Shown: positions 24,874 to 38,554, numbered from the stretch's first letter. The stretch: DNA of 64,000 nt from Octopus sinensis (GCF_006345805.1 NC_043014.1:31744001-31808000); one strand, 5' to 3'. The notes: a model not told the origin generated them from the sequence alone. Numbers and translations: made by a program.

Positions 24874-26400
24874 TCAATGGTTGATGATCTGTTTGTAACA
24901 GAAAAATTTTTTCACAGCAAAGATAATCGATAGGGCTTCTTTTTCTATCAGACTGTATTTTTTCTCTGCCGCTATCAGTAAGTGCAAAACAGGATTCACT
25001 GGTTTCGTACTTCCATCTTTATACACGTGTAGCAAAGCTGCTCCTGTTCCATTCTCCAAAGTATCAGATGCTACAGCAATTCTGCAATTAGAATTTGTTT
25101 TTATTTCTTCAAACACGTTTTGGCATTTAACCAACCAATTCCACTTTACTTCCTTTTTTAATAAGTCATTCAATGGAGCTCTTAATTTGTGCACATTAGG
25201 AATATAGTTTTGGTTGTAGTTTGCCAACCCAAGAAATGCTTGTAATGTTGGTATATTTGTTAGAGCAGGCATATTCTTTATTGCCTCTGTCCTTGATGGG
25301 ATAGGACGTCTACTATTTTAATCATTTATTTGCCCTAACTACCTAGTTTAAGGCAAAAAGAATTTGCATTTTTCTTCACTCGAAGTGAACCTGTACTCTT
25401 TAATTTTTATGAACACAGGTTTTATATACTCCACATGCTGTTCACATGAATTATTCTTTGTCAATATATCATCCAAATAAGGGATTGCAAATTCACAATC
25501 AGATAACATAGCGTCCATGATTTGCTGAAATATTGCTGGTGCAACCTTTAATCCAAAAGGTAACCAGGTATATCTGTACAATCCTCTATGTGTATTTATT
25601 GTCAGATACTTTGAGCATTTGTCATTCACTTTAATCTATGAATAAGCATCAGACAGATCCAATTTTGAGAAAATTTTTACACCATTTAATTTTGCAAAAT
25701 AATGTCCCCTGGAGTTGGAAGTGGATGATGGCATGACTTTAAGCAGTTGTTGAATCCTGTAGAGAAATCGGCACACAGCCTAATCTTTTTTTAATGCGCA
25801 CCATGGTTACCGCCCACTAAGAGCTATCCACCTTTTTGATGATTCCAGTCTTTTCCAGTCTGTCCATCTCTTCATTTACAATTTCAATTGCCGTGAACGG
25901 CACTTTTCTGCTAGATTTAACTAAAGGCACAGTGTTTTCACTTACTTGAAAGCAGGCTTCAGTCTCTCTACATAGACTTAAATCCTCTGATAACACTTAC
26001 AGGAACATTTTTTCCAATTTTTAACTTCAGTTCTTCCGAAGACTTATTTGTAATGCGACAATCATTTATGTTATTGCAGTAAAGAGTTATGGGGAGGTGC
26101 CATAAATCGAATAGTTCTAACCAATCTGTGCCAAACAGATTGATTGTATTATCCACAATGAATAATTTTGCTTCATGTGTCTCTCTTCAAAATGTGACGT
26201 TGATATGTGTTTCGCCCATGAAATGTAATTTATTGCCTGTTACACCATGCACTGTTTATGCTGTTTTATGTAACCTCGGTTTCCTGATTTTTCTCAATGT
26301 ATCCATATTTATGATTGAAATATCGCTACCCATATCCAACTGTAGTTTAATATTTGCACCATTTATTTTTACGTGTATGAATTTTCTTGTTTTTGTGTTG
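24874..26400 (-). pseudogene. Gypsy protease-RT-RNase H remnants
   Basis: QLDMGSDISI (about 26320), LFGTDW, LPFGLKVAPAIFQQIMD, PYLDD, LQAFLGLANY, EKEALSIIFAVKKF. Fragmented by stops and frameshifts. Confidence 0.88.
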
Positions 26401-26596
26401 CTTTCATTTTCTGCTGAAAATAGCTTAGAACTTTTTGTGTTTGACCCTTGTAATTTTGTCCTGCAGTGTGAGCTCTTGTGACCAAGTTTCTATAGCATTT
26501 TTGGTTTTTAAATGGACACTCTTTTCTGAAGTGTAGGCCTCAACATCCATAACATGAGATTGGGACCTGGCACTCTTTTGTGGTTGTACTTCTGAG

Positions 26597-27136
26597 TCAA
26601 CACATCTTTATTTTTGCTGAATCTTTCTCCTGAATTTTTTTCACATTGTACATCAAGTTTACCATTGTTTGACATTCATCTGCAATGGTCTGTAGGGTTA
26701 AGTCTTGGTTTGCTTGCTCCATTTTTGAGAGAGGCCTTGCCTGAATTTCTCTATTTCCAGTTGCTGTAAAGCCTTGAATGAAGATAAGGAATTTAAACAT
26801 ATCCTGAGTGAGTTCCTGAAGTTTAACGTTTTCACACATACAGTTGACTACTTCAGCATATGTAATAAAGTCATCATCGTCATTTTTTGTTAAGTTCCAA
26901 CATTCCATTTGAGTATTAAATAACGAACTTTTGTCACAAAAGATCTTTGATAGTAATTCAATAATTCCTTGGAAACCAATCTCACTCGATTTTTGGGGCA
27001 ATATAAAGTTACAGTAGCATCTATGCTCGGCCGGAGCTGCCTTGTGTAGTAATAGCCTCACATTCTCCTCATCTGACAATGACTTGCAATCCTTGTTAAA
27101 CATTTCCTCATACCTTCTATAATACACAGGAAACAT
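26597..27136 (-). pseudogene. Gypsy gag remnant
   Basis: YYRRYEEMF...VRLLLHK...NFILPQK...SLFNT...FLIFIQG resembles Mag-type gag. It lies just downstream of the PBS. Confidence 0.75.
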
Positions 27137-27418
27137 AATATCCTCCTCTGGATTATAAGTGAATTCATAAATAGAGTTGCCACGCTGTCTGGTGTAAATG
27201 AACTTACCAAATTTTCGGATTACCTGGACTGTAACTCAATGAACTGTTGTTGTTGTTGTTGTTGTAATATTTGCTTCTGCAACTCCTGTAGTTGTTTCTG
27301 TTGCTTCTCTTGAAGCTGTATTACTGCAGCTAAATAGGTTCTCCATAATTTAATAATTTGTATGATGCACAAATTGTCAAATAATCTACATGAGCTTTGA
27401 AAAATCCTGGTTGCCACA

Positions 27419-27991
27419 TGTTATATCCTTCATTATCATCATCATCATCATCATCGTTTAATGTCTGCTTTCCATGCTGGCATGTGTTGGACAGTTTGAC
27501 TGAGGAATGGTGAGCCAGAGGCTGCACCAGGCTCAATCTGGTCTGGCGAAGTTTCTACAGCTGGATGCTGCACTTCCTAATGCCAATCACTCTAAGAGTG
27601 TAGTGGGTGCTTTTTACGTGCCACTGGCATGAGGGCCAGTCAGGTGGTTCTGGCAATAACCACACTCATGCTCAAAAGGTGTTTTACATGCTACCTGCAT
27701 GGGAGCCAATCCTTACGCCTCCTATATCATAGTATGGTTGATATTATTGGTGATAGATAAAGAATACACTGTAACAGTGTTATAACAATACAAAATAGAA
27801 ACAAGGGCAGTAACAAACACATAACGAACCAACGATCAATATTTCCAACACACTAACTCAAATTGTAAACTGTACCTGGACCTGGACTTCAAAGACCAAA
27901 CTATGAACTGCTGACTACATCAGACCACTACTATTTATATGAAGTGGTCCAGTCTATTCTCATCATAGGGTGTCATACTCTTGCCACAACA
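27419..27991 (-). repeat. 5' LTR, interrupted by an RTE tail insert at 27431-27708
   Basis: TGTTGTGG...GGATATAACA termini. The insert is flanked by an ATCCTT duplication (27425-27430 and 27709-27714). Confidence 0.9.
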
Positions 27992-28012
27992 CATATATTG
28001 TTATTGTTATTA

Positions 28013-28043
<31 letters not shown>

Positions 28044-30352
28044 CATTCAGTAGTTTTATTTTTATAGCGTGCTTTCACTTCACTACCGAGCGCAGCTCTG
28101 TGTGCCTTGGGTATGTGCTGTGATTTGTTGTGATGCTCTGATGGTTATTGTATGGAAAGTGTTCTGCGTAGGATGTGTGCAGTGCCTAGTAGTGCAATTT
28201 TCTGTATGTTATATGTGTTTGTAAGTCCTGGTGTTTTTGTTATGTATTTGTCTGAATATTTTTTTATCATGCCTAATGCACCTACTATGATAGGAATTGT
28301 TTCTGTTTTCAGATTCCACATTCTAGTTACCTCTATTTCCAGGTCTTTGTATTTTGAGAGTTTCTCCATTTCTTTTAGAGACACGTTGTCATCTGCCGGT
28401 ATTGATACATCAATTAGAAAGCATTTTTTTTCTTCATGATCTCTGACAACTATATCTGGTCTGTTGGCCTTAATTTCTCTATCTGTGTGTATCGGCATAT
28501 CCCAGAGTATGGTTGCTTTCTCGTTTTCTGTGACCTTTTCTGGTGTGTACCTATACCATCTTTTTTCTGTTGTTATTCCATAATGTTGGCATAGCTTCCA
28601 ATGTATGTAGGTTCCAACTCTGTCATGTCTGTGAATATATTCCTTCTTAGCCAGGACTGGGCAGCTAGAGATAATATGATTTATTGTTTCTTGTCCATCT
28701 CCACATATTCTGCAGTTACTTGTAATATTTCTTTTCATTACATGTTTTTGGTAATTTCTGGTGGGGAGGCTTTGGTCTTGTGCTGCAATTAAAAATCCCT
28801 CTGTTTCTGCTTTGAGTCCTGAGCTTCTCAACCATTGCTGGGATTTTTCTTTGTCTATTTCTTTTGCGTTTAGTTTAGTGCAGTATTTACCATGAAGGGG
28901 CTTTTCTTGCCATCGTTTTATCATGGTTCGTTGCTGTTCTATTTTTAGTTTGGATTTCATTTGTTTTATAGCTTTTGTTGTTCTTCATCTTCTTCTTCTT
29001 CTTCTTCATGTTTATAGGTGGTATGATTTCTTGTTTGTATTTGTCAGCTTCCTTAAATACTGAGAACAGTTTTTTGTTTTGCTCGTGTTTTGCTGCTATC
29101 TGGATCAGTTTTCCTTCCTTCTGAAGTAGATATTTTTGCAGTCCTATGGTGGTTATTTTATAGTAGTTTTCCAGCTGTATAAGGCCTCTACCACCTTCTA
29201 TACGTTGTATATATAGTCTTTCTATGTCAGATTTTGGGTGATGCATCCTAGATCCTGTCATTATTTTTCTTGTTTTCCTATCTATTTTGGACAGTTCATT
29301 TCGTGTCCAGTTAAGGATATTGTAGCTGTAACTTATAACTGGGACAGCTAAAGTGTTGATACCTATTATCTTGTTTTTAGCATTGAGCTCTGTTTTTAGT
29401 ATTGATCTAACTCGTCTATAATATTCTTTTTTTATTTTCTCTTTCATGTGTGTGTTGTGTCTTATCTAGTTCATGGATTCCTAAGTATTTGTAAGTTTGG
29501 CTTTGGTCTAATTCTTTTATTTCATTGGTTTTATCTAGTGTGATGTTGTTACTCTTAACTAGTTTTCCTCTTTTCATGGTTACTTTGGCGCATTTTTCTA
29601 ATCCAAATTTCATATCTATTTCTTTGGTAAATCCATGAACTGTCTTTAATAGTGTTTCCAGCTGTTTGTCATTTGCAGCGTATAGTTTAGGTCATCCATA
29701 TATAAAAGGTGGCTGATCGTTTTGCCGTAACATTTATATCCGCATCCAGTTCTATTTAGCATATCAGATAGAGGTGACAGTGCCAAGCAGAAAAGGAGTG
29801 GAGAGAGCGTGTCTCCTGGAATATTCCTCTTCTAATGGGGATGTCTTTGGTTTTCATGAGTCCCTCTTTTGTTTGGAGGTGTAGGACTGTTTGCCATTTA
29901 TTCATAGAGTGCTCTATGAATTTGATGATGTGTTGGTGCTACTTGTTAATGGCTAGTGTTTCGAGGATCCATGTGTGGGGGATGCTATCAAACGCATTTT
30001 TGTAGTCAATCCAGGCCATACTGAGGCCTTTCTTCTTTCTGTGGCTGTCTTCAGTTATGGCTTTATTAATCATTAGTTGATCTTTACAGCCATATGAGCC
30101 TTTGCGGCATCCTTTCTGCTCTTCTGGGAACAGTTTGTTTTCGTCCAGGTGCTTGTTCAGCCTTTGCGATATCACTGCAGTAAATGCCTTGAACATAGTA
30201 GGGAGGCAGGTTATTGGTCTGTAGTTTTCTGGTTTTGCTGTTTCATTTGATTTGGGAATTAAGATGGTTTTCCCCTTTGTGAGCCATTCAGGCATTGTCT
30301 CTGGCTCTACTAGTATGCTGTTAAAGTTTTCAGCCAGCTTTTTGTGCATTCC
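28044..30352 (-). mobile_element. 5'-truncated R4/Dong-clade (RLE) non-LTR retrotransposon in a (TAA)n array
   Basis: RT (NYRPITCL, QKGC, WIDYKNAFDSIPH, HLLYMDDL), CCHC knuckle CRICG...HIISSC and restriction-like endonuclease RPDIVV...LIDVSIP...EKLSKY. TAA arrays at both ends. Frameshifted. Confidence 0.93.
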
Positions 30353-30364
30353 TTATTATTATTA

Positions 30365-30443
<79 letters not shown>

Positions 30444-30464
30444 TATTATTATTATTATAATTAT

Positions 30465-30988
30465 TGAGTGAGAGAGCATGTTCATGCCATCAAAGTGACA
30501 CTGGGGTAAAATATACGAAGCCCAATATACCCATCATGACTACCCGTTTGATAAGGGTACACCAGGCACATGCATCACAACCATATGTGCGCGACATGGT
30601 GATCTCATAAAAAGATAAACAGCACATGACCTTGCAGGTGGGGCCCAGTTACAATTTTCTTCAGGTTGAGTAGCCCATCCCGCTCAAAAGGTCCCTGAAT
30701 AAGGGTTGTTTAAGGATGTTGAAAGAACCACCCATGTTTCCAGAGGTGAATTATTCAAACCCCAAAGAATCCCTCTCAACACATGGCTATGATGCTCCCC
30801 CACTACTTCTGCTCGTGATCAGAGATGCACATGTCGTCAGCCACTAAGGGACATGCTCAACTGGTTAAAGTCAAACAACTGACAAGCAAATCTATGGTAT
30901 TGAGCAGAATATTTGCTGTAGCCCATCTTTTATACCAAGACAAAACAATGTACATGATAACACTTCCAATCAGTTAAGATCAGAAGCC
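30465..30988 (-). mobile_element. TAA-embedded non-coding repeat, copy 2 (about 30 bp shorter at one end)
   Basis: Same terminus (CTCTCACTCA-ATAATA on the minus strand) as copy 1 and truncated at the other end. Confidence 0.85.
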
Positions 30989-31014
<26 letters not shown>

Positions 31015-31019
<5 letters not shown>

Positions 31020-31529
31020 TAGTTTTATTTTTATAGCGTGCTTTCACTTCACTACCGAGCGCAGCTCTGTGTGCCTTGGGTATGTGCTGTGATTTGTTGT
31101 GATGCTCTGATAGTTATTGTATGGAAAGTGTTCTGCGTAGGATGTGTGCAGTGCTAGTAGTGCAATTTTCTGTATGTTATATGTGTTTGTAAGTCCTGGT
31201 GTGTTTTGTTATGTATTTGTCTGAATTTTTTTTAATCATGCCTAATGATAGGAATTGTTTCTGTTTTCAGATTCCACATTCTAGTTGCCTCTATTTCCAG
31301 GTCTTTGTATTTTGAGAGTTTCTCCATTTCTTTTAGAGACACGTTGTCATCTGCCGGTATTGATACATCAATTAGAAAGCATTTTTTTTCTTCATGATCT
31401 CTGACAACTATATCTGGTCTGTTGACCTTAATTTCTCTATCTGTGTGTATCGGCATATCCCAGAGTATGGTTGCTTTCTCGTTTTCTGTGACCTTTTCTG
31501 GTGTGTGCCTATACCATCTTTTTTCTGTT
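31015..31529 (-). mobile_element. Second R4/Dong 3' fragment
   Basis: Nearly identical to 28044-28570. TTA arrays on both sides. Confidence 0.92.
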
Positions 31530-31554
31530 ATTATTATTATTATTATTATTATGA

Positions 31555-31760
31555 TACTGTGAACTGAAGGAATCGTTAGTGTACTTGACAAAATGCTTTC
31601 ACCCATTGCTATATTCTGAGTTCAAATTCCGCCGAGGTTGACTTCGCCTTTCATCTTTTCGGGGTCGATAAAACAAGTACCAGTTGAACACAGGGATCGA
31701 TCCAATTGGCTCATCCCCTTCCCCAAAATTTCTGCCCTTGTGGCAAAATTTGAAACCATC
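31555..31760 (+). mobile_element. Family B SINE
   Basis: GAGTTCAAATTCCGCCGAGGTTGACTTCGCCTTTCATC body. Confidence 0.8.
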
Positions 31761-32524
31761 ATCATCATCATCATCATCATCATCATTATTATTATTTTAT
31801 TTATTTATTTTTGTCTTTTTTCACCACTATCATCAATGCACTCCAGATACCACCATTAACATGACCACTACCATCACCACCACTACCACCACCATCATCA
31901 CCGCTATCCACCACCACCACCACCACCACCACTATAATCAATTTTGTTATGATTATATTATCTATCTATTTGCTCTCCTTTTAGCTAATTCTAATCAATT
32001 TTCTCCATACTCTCCATTATATTTCTCTTCCAGCCCAACTTATCAATAACAGCAACAACAACAATAACAGCAGCTACAATTAATCTTCCTTTCACTTTCT
32101 TCGAAGTCAATCTCTCTCTCTCTTTCTCTCCCTCTCTCTCTCTTTCTCTCTCTCTCTCTTTCTCTCCCCCTCTCTCTCTTTCTCTCCCTCTCTCTCTCTT
32201 TCTCACCCTTCCTCCCTCTCCCACTCTCTCCCTCTCTCTCTCTCTTTCTCTCCCCATCTCTCTCTCTTTCTCTCCCCATCTCTCTCTCTTTCTCTCCCCA
32301 TCTCTCTCTCTTTCTCTCCATTCTATGTATTCCTCATCTGACTATCCCTATTTTGCATATTAATATCTCTCCTGCAATTCCTCTTGCTTATCCTAACATA
32401 CAGGCACACACACACAACACAAACACACCATACACACACACCACACACATACACTCACTCACTAATGCACACTCAACACCACCGTATATACTATACTAAA
32501 TATATATACTATCTAAATATGTGT

Positions 32525-32557
<33 letters not shown>

Positions 32558-32693
32558 TCACATATAATATTTAAATTTTATATATGTATATATATAGATG
32601 TATATATTTATATACACCACAGCACACCACACACATATATATTACTACATACATACATACATGCATGCATACCTACATACATACATACATATA

Positions 32694-32730
<37 letters not shown>

Positions 32731-32733
<3 letters not shown>

Positions 32734-33530
32734 CTACGTTTCTTCATACATTGTTACGAAAATTTAACCTTTTAGGCTACTTTCAAGCCTTCGCCATAAC
32801 TTGATTTATCTTTCTATCTCTCTCTCTACAAAATTTAACCTTAGGCCAGGCTACCTCAAGCCGTAATATCTCTTCCCATCTCTTCCCATCTCTTCCCATC
32901 TCTTCCATCTTTCAGCCATTGGCGGTCTTTTTCCCTCCTCTCACCATTACGATTCTATAATTTAAATTCCCAATTCAATTTCAACTCCCGTTCGATGTCC
33001 GCAGCAAGTTCTTAAAAATTTATCTTACTATTTTATTCGTTGTTACTACGTTTCTTCATACATTGTTACGAAAATTTAACCTTTTAGGCTACTTTCAAGC
33101 CTTCGCCATAACTTGATTTATCTTCTATCTCTCTCTCTACAAAATTTAACCTTAGCCAGGCTACCTCAAGCCGTAATCCTATCTCTTCCCATCTCTTCCC
33201 ATCTCTTCCCATCTTTCAGCCATTGGCGGTCTTTTTTCCTCCTCTCACCATACGATCTATAATTTAAATCCCAATTCAATTTCAACTCCCGTTCGATGTC
33301 CGCAGCAAGTTCTTAAAAATTTTATTTACTATTTTATTCGTTGTTACTACGTTTTTTCATACATTGTTACGAAAATTTAACCTTTTAGGTACTTTCAAGC
33401 CTTCGCCATAACTTGATTTATCTTTCTATCTCTCTCTCTACAAAATTTAACCTAGGCCAGGCTACCTCAAGCCGTAATCCTATCTCTTCCCATCTCTTCC
33501 ATCTCTTCCCATCTTTCAGCCATTGGCGGT
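32731..33530. repeat. ~300-312-bp tandem repeat, about 2.6 copies
   Basis: TTACTACGTTT unit starts at 32731, 33043 and 33344. Confidence 0.9.
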
Positions 33531-33871
33531 GCGCCCGCCCCCCACCCCCCCACCACCAATACCGATGAACACTGTTCTCACCCCACCACCAATACCGGTG
33601 AACACTGTTCCTCACCCCCCACCACCAATACCAGTATACCCTGTCCTCACCATCTACACCGGATACCCTTACTCATCTACACCGGGTACGCCCTACTCCC
33701 CTCCTCCCCTCCCCCCCACTACCACCCCCTTCTCCTCATATGCTTTCACTGTAAAAGACAAGCTGCTAGCGCCATAGCTCATCAACTGCCCACCGATCTT
33801 ATGCTTCCTCCTGACACTGCCTCATTCCGACTATCCCTTTAGCACCCTCCCGCCTCGTAATATCCTATGTT

Positions 33872-34240
33872 TTTATTTCTTAGAACTACACCAACCCTTC
33901 CTGCCATCGTTCCTCCTTACCCCAACCTTCCCCACTGGTTGCTCCCCTATATACCCGCCTCAACTGGACCCCCCCTCTCCCCAACTCAACTCTCGAATAT
34001 CTGTATTCTTTCCTCTATCTAATAACGTTACTCAGTGACGATAACGAATGTCTTTATTTCTTAGGAACCTACACCAACCCTTCCTGCCATCGTTCCTCCT
34101 TCCTCACCCAACCTCCCCCACTGGTTGCCCTCCTATATTACCCGCCTCAACTGGACCTCCCCTCCCCAACTCAACTCTAGAATATCTGTATTTCTTTCCT
34201 CTACCTAATTACGTTACTCAGTGATGATAAATGCGTGACT
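33872..34240. repeat. ~185-bp tandem duplication
   Basis: TTTATTTCTTAG.AAC.TACACCAACCCTTCCTGCCATCG...CGTTACTCAGTGA occurs twice. Confidence 0.85.
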
Positions 34241-34374
34241 ACAAGACGGACCCGGCTGCTTTCTGCTGCAGCATTCCACATACCCCCTACTCATTCTAAG
34301 TACCCCGGATCCCCAAAGTACCCTGGATCCCCAAAGTACCCACCCCGGACCTCGTTGCCCATGTGCCGCTGACA

Positions 34375-34620
34375 CGTTAAAATGCTCGAACCGATTGTGA
34401 CGATGCCGGACCCTCCGGCCCTTGTGCAGGTGGCACGTAAAAAGCACCCAATCCACTCACGGAGTGGTTGGCGTTAGGAAGGGCATCCAGCCGTAGAAAC
34501 TCTGCCAGATTCAGACTGGAGCCTGGTGCGGCCCCTGGCTTCCCAGACCCGGTCAAACCGTCCAACCCGTGCTAGCGCGGAAAGCGGACGTTAAACGATG
34601 ATGATGATGATGATGATATA
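34375..34620 (+). mobile_element. RTE-type 3' tail repeat
   Basis: GGCGTTAGGAAGGGCATCCAGCCGTAGAAAC...GGACGTTAAAC(GAT)n. Confidence 0.85.
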
Positions 34621-35312
34621 CATACAGTAACAAACTGAGGAAAAGAAATCCTTCAAAGGGGTGTGTTAAACATCCAATTCACTGATACGTCAGTTAGATA
34701 CCATATATACATACACAGGGAGGCATATACATAGAAACGTATACATAGAAACATATCCATACATACACATCACTATATTTCTCTCACTCTGTCTTTTTTT
34801 ACTTTACCCTTCTCTCTGTCTCTATCTTTCCCTTCTTTTCCCCACTCTCCCCCCCTCTCTGTTTCCATTCACTACCTTTCTTTCCTGTTCACTCCATCAG
34901 TTTTTATATACTTTCTCTTTCACTTTCACTAACACTTCTCTCTCACAATCCTTTAACTCTCTCTCTTTCTCTCTCTCTCTTTTCTTTGTACTGCTTATCT
35001 CATTCTCACTCTCCTCTATTTCTATAACTCTCATTGTCCCTCTTGCTTCTCTTCTGCTATCTTTCATTCTCTCTCATTCTCTCTCATTCTCTCTCTCTCC
35101 CCCCTATCTCTTTCTCTTTCTCTTTATCCATATTTCATTTATCTAGACATCTTATTAATCCCCCATTCTCACCCCCCCATCCTCACTGAACCTCTCATCA
35201 ATCTGAAGAAAGTCTTAATTGTTCTCTTCAAGAAATTAAATGAGTTGATTAGAGTCATGTTGGCATGTCAGCTGAACATGTGTTTAATGTACTGTGTATG
35301 TGTACATATATA

Positions 35313-35348
<36 letters not shown>

Positions 35349-35484
35349 GTGTGTGTGATTGTGTGTGTGACTGTGTTTGCACAAGCAGAAGTGCATTTGG
35401 ATTCACAAATGGCAGATATTAGTACTCAAATACATCAAGAGGAGTTCATATGTGTATATATATATAACACGTATGTATGTAATG

Positions 35485-35528
<44 letters not shown>

Positions 35529-35664
35529 TATATATGCATATATACACACATATATATATATACATACATATGTGTGTGTGTGATTGTATATATATATAAA
35601 AATGTTTTAAGTATTTCTTGAAACCAAAACAATGCAGGTAAAAGAAACTGAGTTACAAGTAGTG

Positions 35665-36512
35665 CTGTAATGAAGAAATGATGCTAGTATGTTCTGCTGG
35701 ATGTGTAATATCAGTGTGCATACTCGACAGAGAGAAAAGTTGGACATAGGAAGCATCAGATGTGGTGTGCAAGAGAGAAGACTGCACTGGTATTGTCATG
35801 TATTGCATATGGATGAGGACAGCGGTGTGAAAAAGTGTTACACCCTAACAGTGGAAGGAACCAGTGGAAGAAGTAGACCCAGGAAGACCTGGGATGAGGT
35901 GGTGAAGCATGACCTTCAAACATTCGGCCTCAGTGGCAATGACAAGTGACTGATACCTTTGGAGATATGTTGTGCTTGAGAAGATCCGGCAAGCCAAGTG
36001 AGGCCATAACCATGGACTATGCCAGTGTTGCATATCTGGCCCATTTAAGAGTACCCTTCAATCATTGGGCAATATGCCATGCTTGAGAAAACCTGTTGAG
36101 CCAAGTGAAATCATTGTCGTGGCCAGTGCCAGTACCGTCTGACTGACACCCATGCTGGTGGCATGTAAAATGTACCATTCAAGCGTGGTCACTGCCGGTG
36201 CCACAACACTGGCTCCCGTGCAGGTGGAATGTAAAAAGCACCATATGTGCATGGTTGATGCCAGTGCCACCAGACTGGTCCCATGTAAAAAAGCACCATT
36301 TGAACGTAGTTGTTGCTACTGCTGTCTGACTGGCTCCCATACTGGTGGCATGTAAAAAGCACCCACTACACTCTTGGAGTGGTTGCCATCAAGAAGGGAA
36401 TCCAGCTGTAGAAACCTTGCCAGATCATATTGGAGCCTGGTGCAACCTCCTGGCTTGCCAGTCCTCAATCAAACTGTCCAGCCCATGCCAGCATGGAAAG
36501 TGGACGTTAAAC

Positions 36513-36590
<78 letters not shown>

Positions 36591-36600
36591 AATGATGATG
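35665..36600 (+). mobile_element. Diverged RTE LINE 3' fragment with long (GAT)n tail
   Basis: ORF 35689-35949 (CGVQERRLHWYCHV...RSRPRKTWDEVVKHDL) is homologous to the RTE at 8045-8400. It is followed by the 3' UTR and tail. Confidence 0.88.
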
Positions 36601-36611
36601 ATGATGATGAT

Positions 36612-36642
<31 letters not shown>

Positions 36643-36881
36643 ATAGATGTCTTTTAGTTTCTGTCTACCAAATCCACTCACAAGTATTTGGTTTGTTTGG
36701 AGATATAGTAAAAGACACTTGCTCAAGATGCCACCAAGTGGAACTGTACCTAGGTCCATGTGACTGTAAAGCAAACTTCTTACCATACAGCCTCGCCTAT
36801 GCTATATATATATATATATATATGTATACATTGCACACACACACACATACACACTCACTCACAAACACACGCACACACACA

Positions 36882-36912
<31 letters not shown>

Positions 36913-38334
36913 GTGCACACAAAGGCACTGAGCTGTGAGCTGGCAGAATCATTAGTATGACAGGCAAAATGCTTGGTGGCAGTTTGTTTGTCTTTATGTT
37001 CTGAGTTCAAATTCCGTCGAGGTCAGCTTTACTTTTCATACTTTTGTGGATGATAACAAAAGTACCAGTTGAGCAAACCTACACACACATATACACGTAC
37101 ACACACACTAAGCAAAATGCTGCATCATTCTCCAAGTTAGATCTTGGGTTCTAGAAGTGATTCATAAAGAATAATCAGTTAATCTATTAATCTTCATGAA
37201 CAAATGAACAATTCAGATACTGATCGATTTTTTTCTTTATATTATTTTATCAAATTATATTTTTTCAAACGGCTGTCTTAGTTTTCAACACAACATCAGT
37301 TCTTTTAATCACTGATATTTTATCAAACTCATAAACTCAAGCAGAGATTCACTCACATATTCATACACATGTAGATCCGTAGCACAGTTTCTGTTTAAAT
37401 AAATTCGACTCATTGTGCTAACAAGGCATTAGGGAAATTTAGGGTTTGATAGAAGATGCTCTCCCAATGTTTTATCAGTGGGATCAGACTTGAGACTGAA
37501 AGTATGAAGATTGAACTTCTTTATATTTCAGCCATACCTATGCCTAAACACACACATACACACACACAAACACAAATGCAAACACACACACATGCACACG
37601 CATGCACACATGCATGCGCTCATACACACATTGAGGAGAATAAAGACAATAAAATGGATAGTATGTGTAATAGAGATGTATGTGTAAATAAAAGTGAGAC
37701 AATATGGAAAATGCTTAACAGAAAAGGACAAATAGACTTGGAATCCTCTCTTCAGCTGTAGGATCCAGAAACATTTTCATTTCCATTCTTCCTTTTCTAG
37801 GAACAACATACAAATAAGCACAAACACACACACACACACACGTGCACACACACACACACATGCACACACATACACACTAAAGAGTAGGGAAGTTGACTAT
37901 CAACACTTTTTCTTTGTAAGTTTCCCGAAGAATTAGTCCTAACACTGAAATATTGAAATACCAGAGAATAGTTCTAACTATCGACCTGTAATTTTTATGT
38001 GCCACCAGCATGGCAGAATTCAAACTCAAAACCTAACAGCAGATTAAATACCGCTAAGCATTTCACCCAGAATGCTAATGATTCTGCCAGCTTGCCACCT
38101 TAATATAATATAATATAATATAATGTAATAAATGTGAATGTCAGTGTGTCAGTGTGTCACACTTTTTCAACTTTACTCCTAGAGGCTGTAGCCCAACATA
38201 TCATACCATTTTGGAATCAGGCTGACTCCGTGAGTAAATTAAAAACATTCTGGGCTGAATCTGGACTTGCAATCCTGAAATTTTGGATTCCTATACTTTC
38301 ATTACTGCGATTGTTTTCACTGATTTTTTTTTAC

Positions 38335-38450
38335 ATGATTTTTTGCGATGAATATGATCATCATTGGGATATAACTCTGGAGGAAGCAATTGCATCAAAT
38401 TCTCCAAAACAAGTCAGAGATCTGTTTGGAGATCTTCCCATTCAGGGTCA
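38335..38450 (+). pseudogene. Short Helitron Rep/helicase linker fragment
   Basis: DEYDHHWDITLEEAIASNSPKQVRDLF resembles the DD.HWD.TL.EA...SP..LR.LF Helitron motif. Confidence 0.55.
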
Positions 38451-38554
38451 ATTCAGGACAGTGCAGCTTTTAAGCTAGTATATAAATATATATATATATG
38501 TATACACACACATGCACATGTATATAATATATATAATAGGTATATATATATGTA

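Larger units (their letters stand above)
23124..27991 (-). mobile_element. Ty3/Gypsy (Mag/K02A2.6-like) LTR retrotransposon, structurally complete but decayed
   Basis: Paired LTRs, 5-bp TSD CATAT (23119-23123 and 27992-27996), PBS TGGCAACCAGG (27406-27416), PPT AAAAGAGGAGA (23431-23441), gag-PR-RT-RH-INT order. Confidence 0.93.

Noticed and set aside
32731-33530. Telomeric repeat (TTAGG-like words)
   Set aside because: Only isolated TTAGG words inside a longer unit, with no tandem telomeric tract.
38181-38227. 47-nt plus-strand micro-exon (CTCCTAG...TCC|GTGAGT)
   Set aside because: Isolated splice-like signals only, with no gene model to attach it to.
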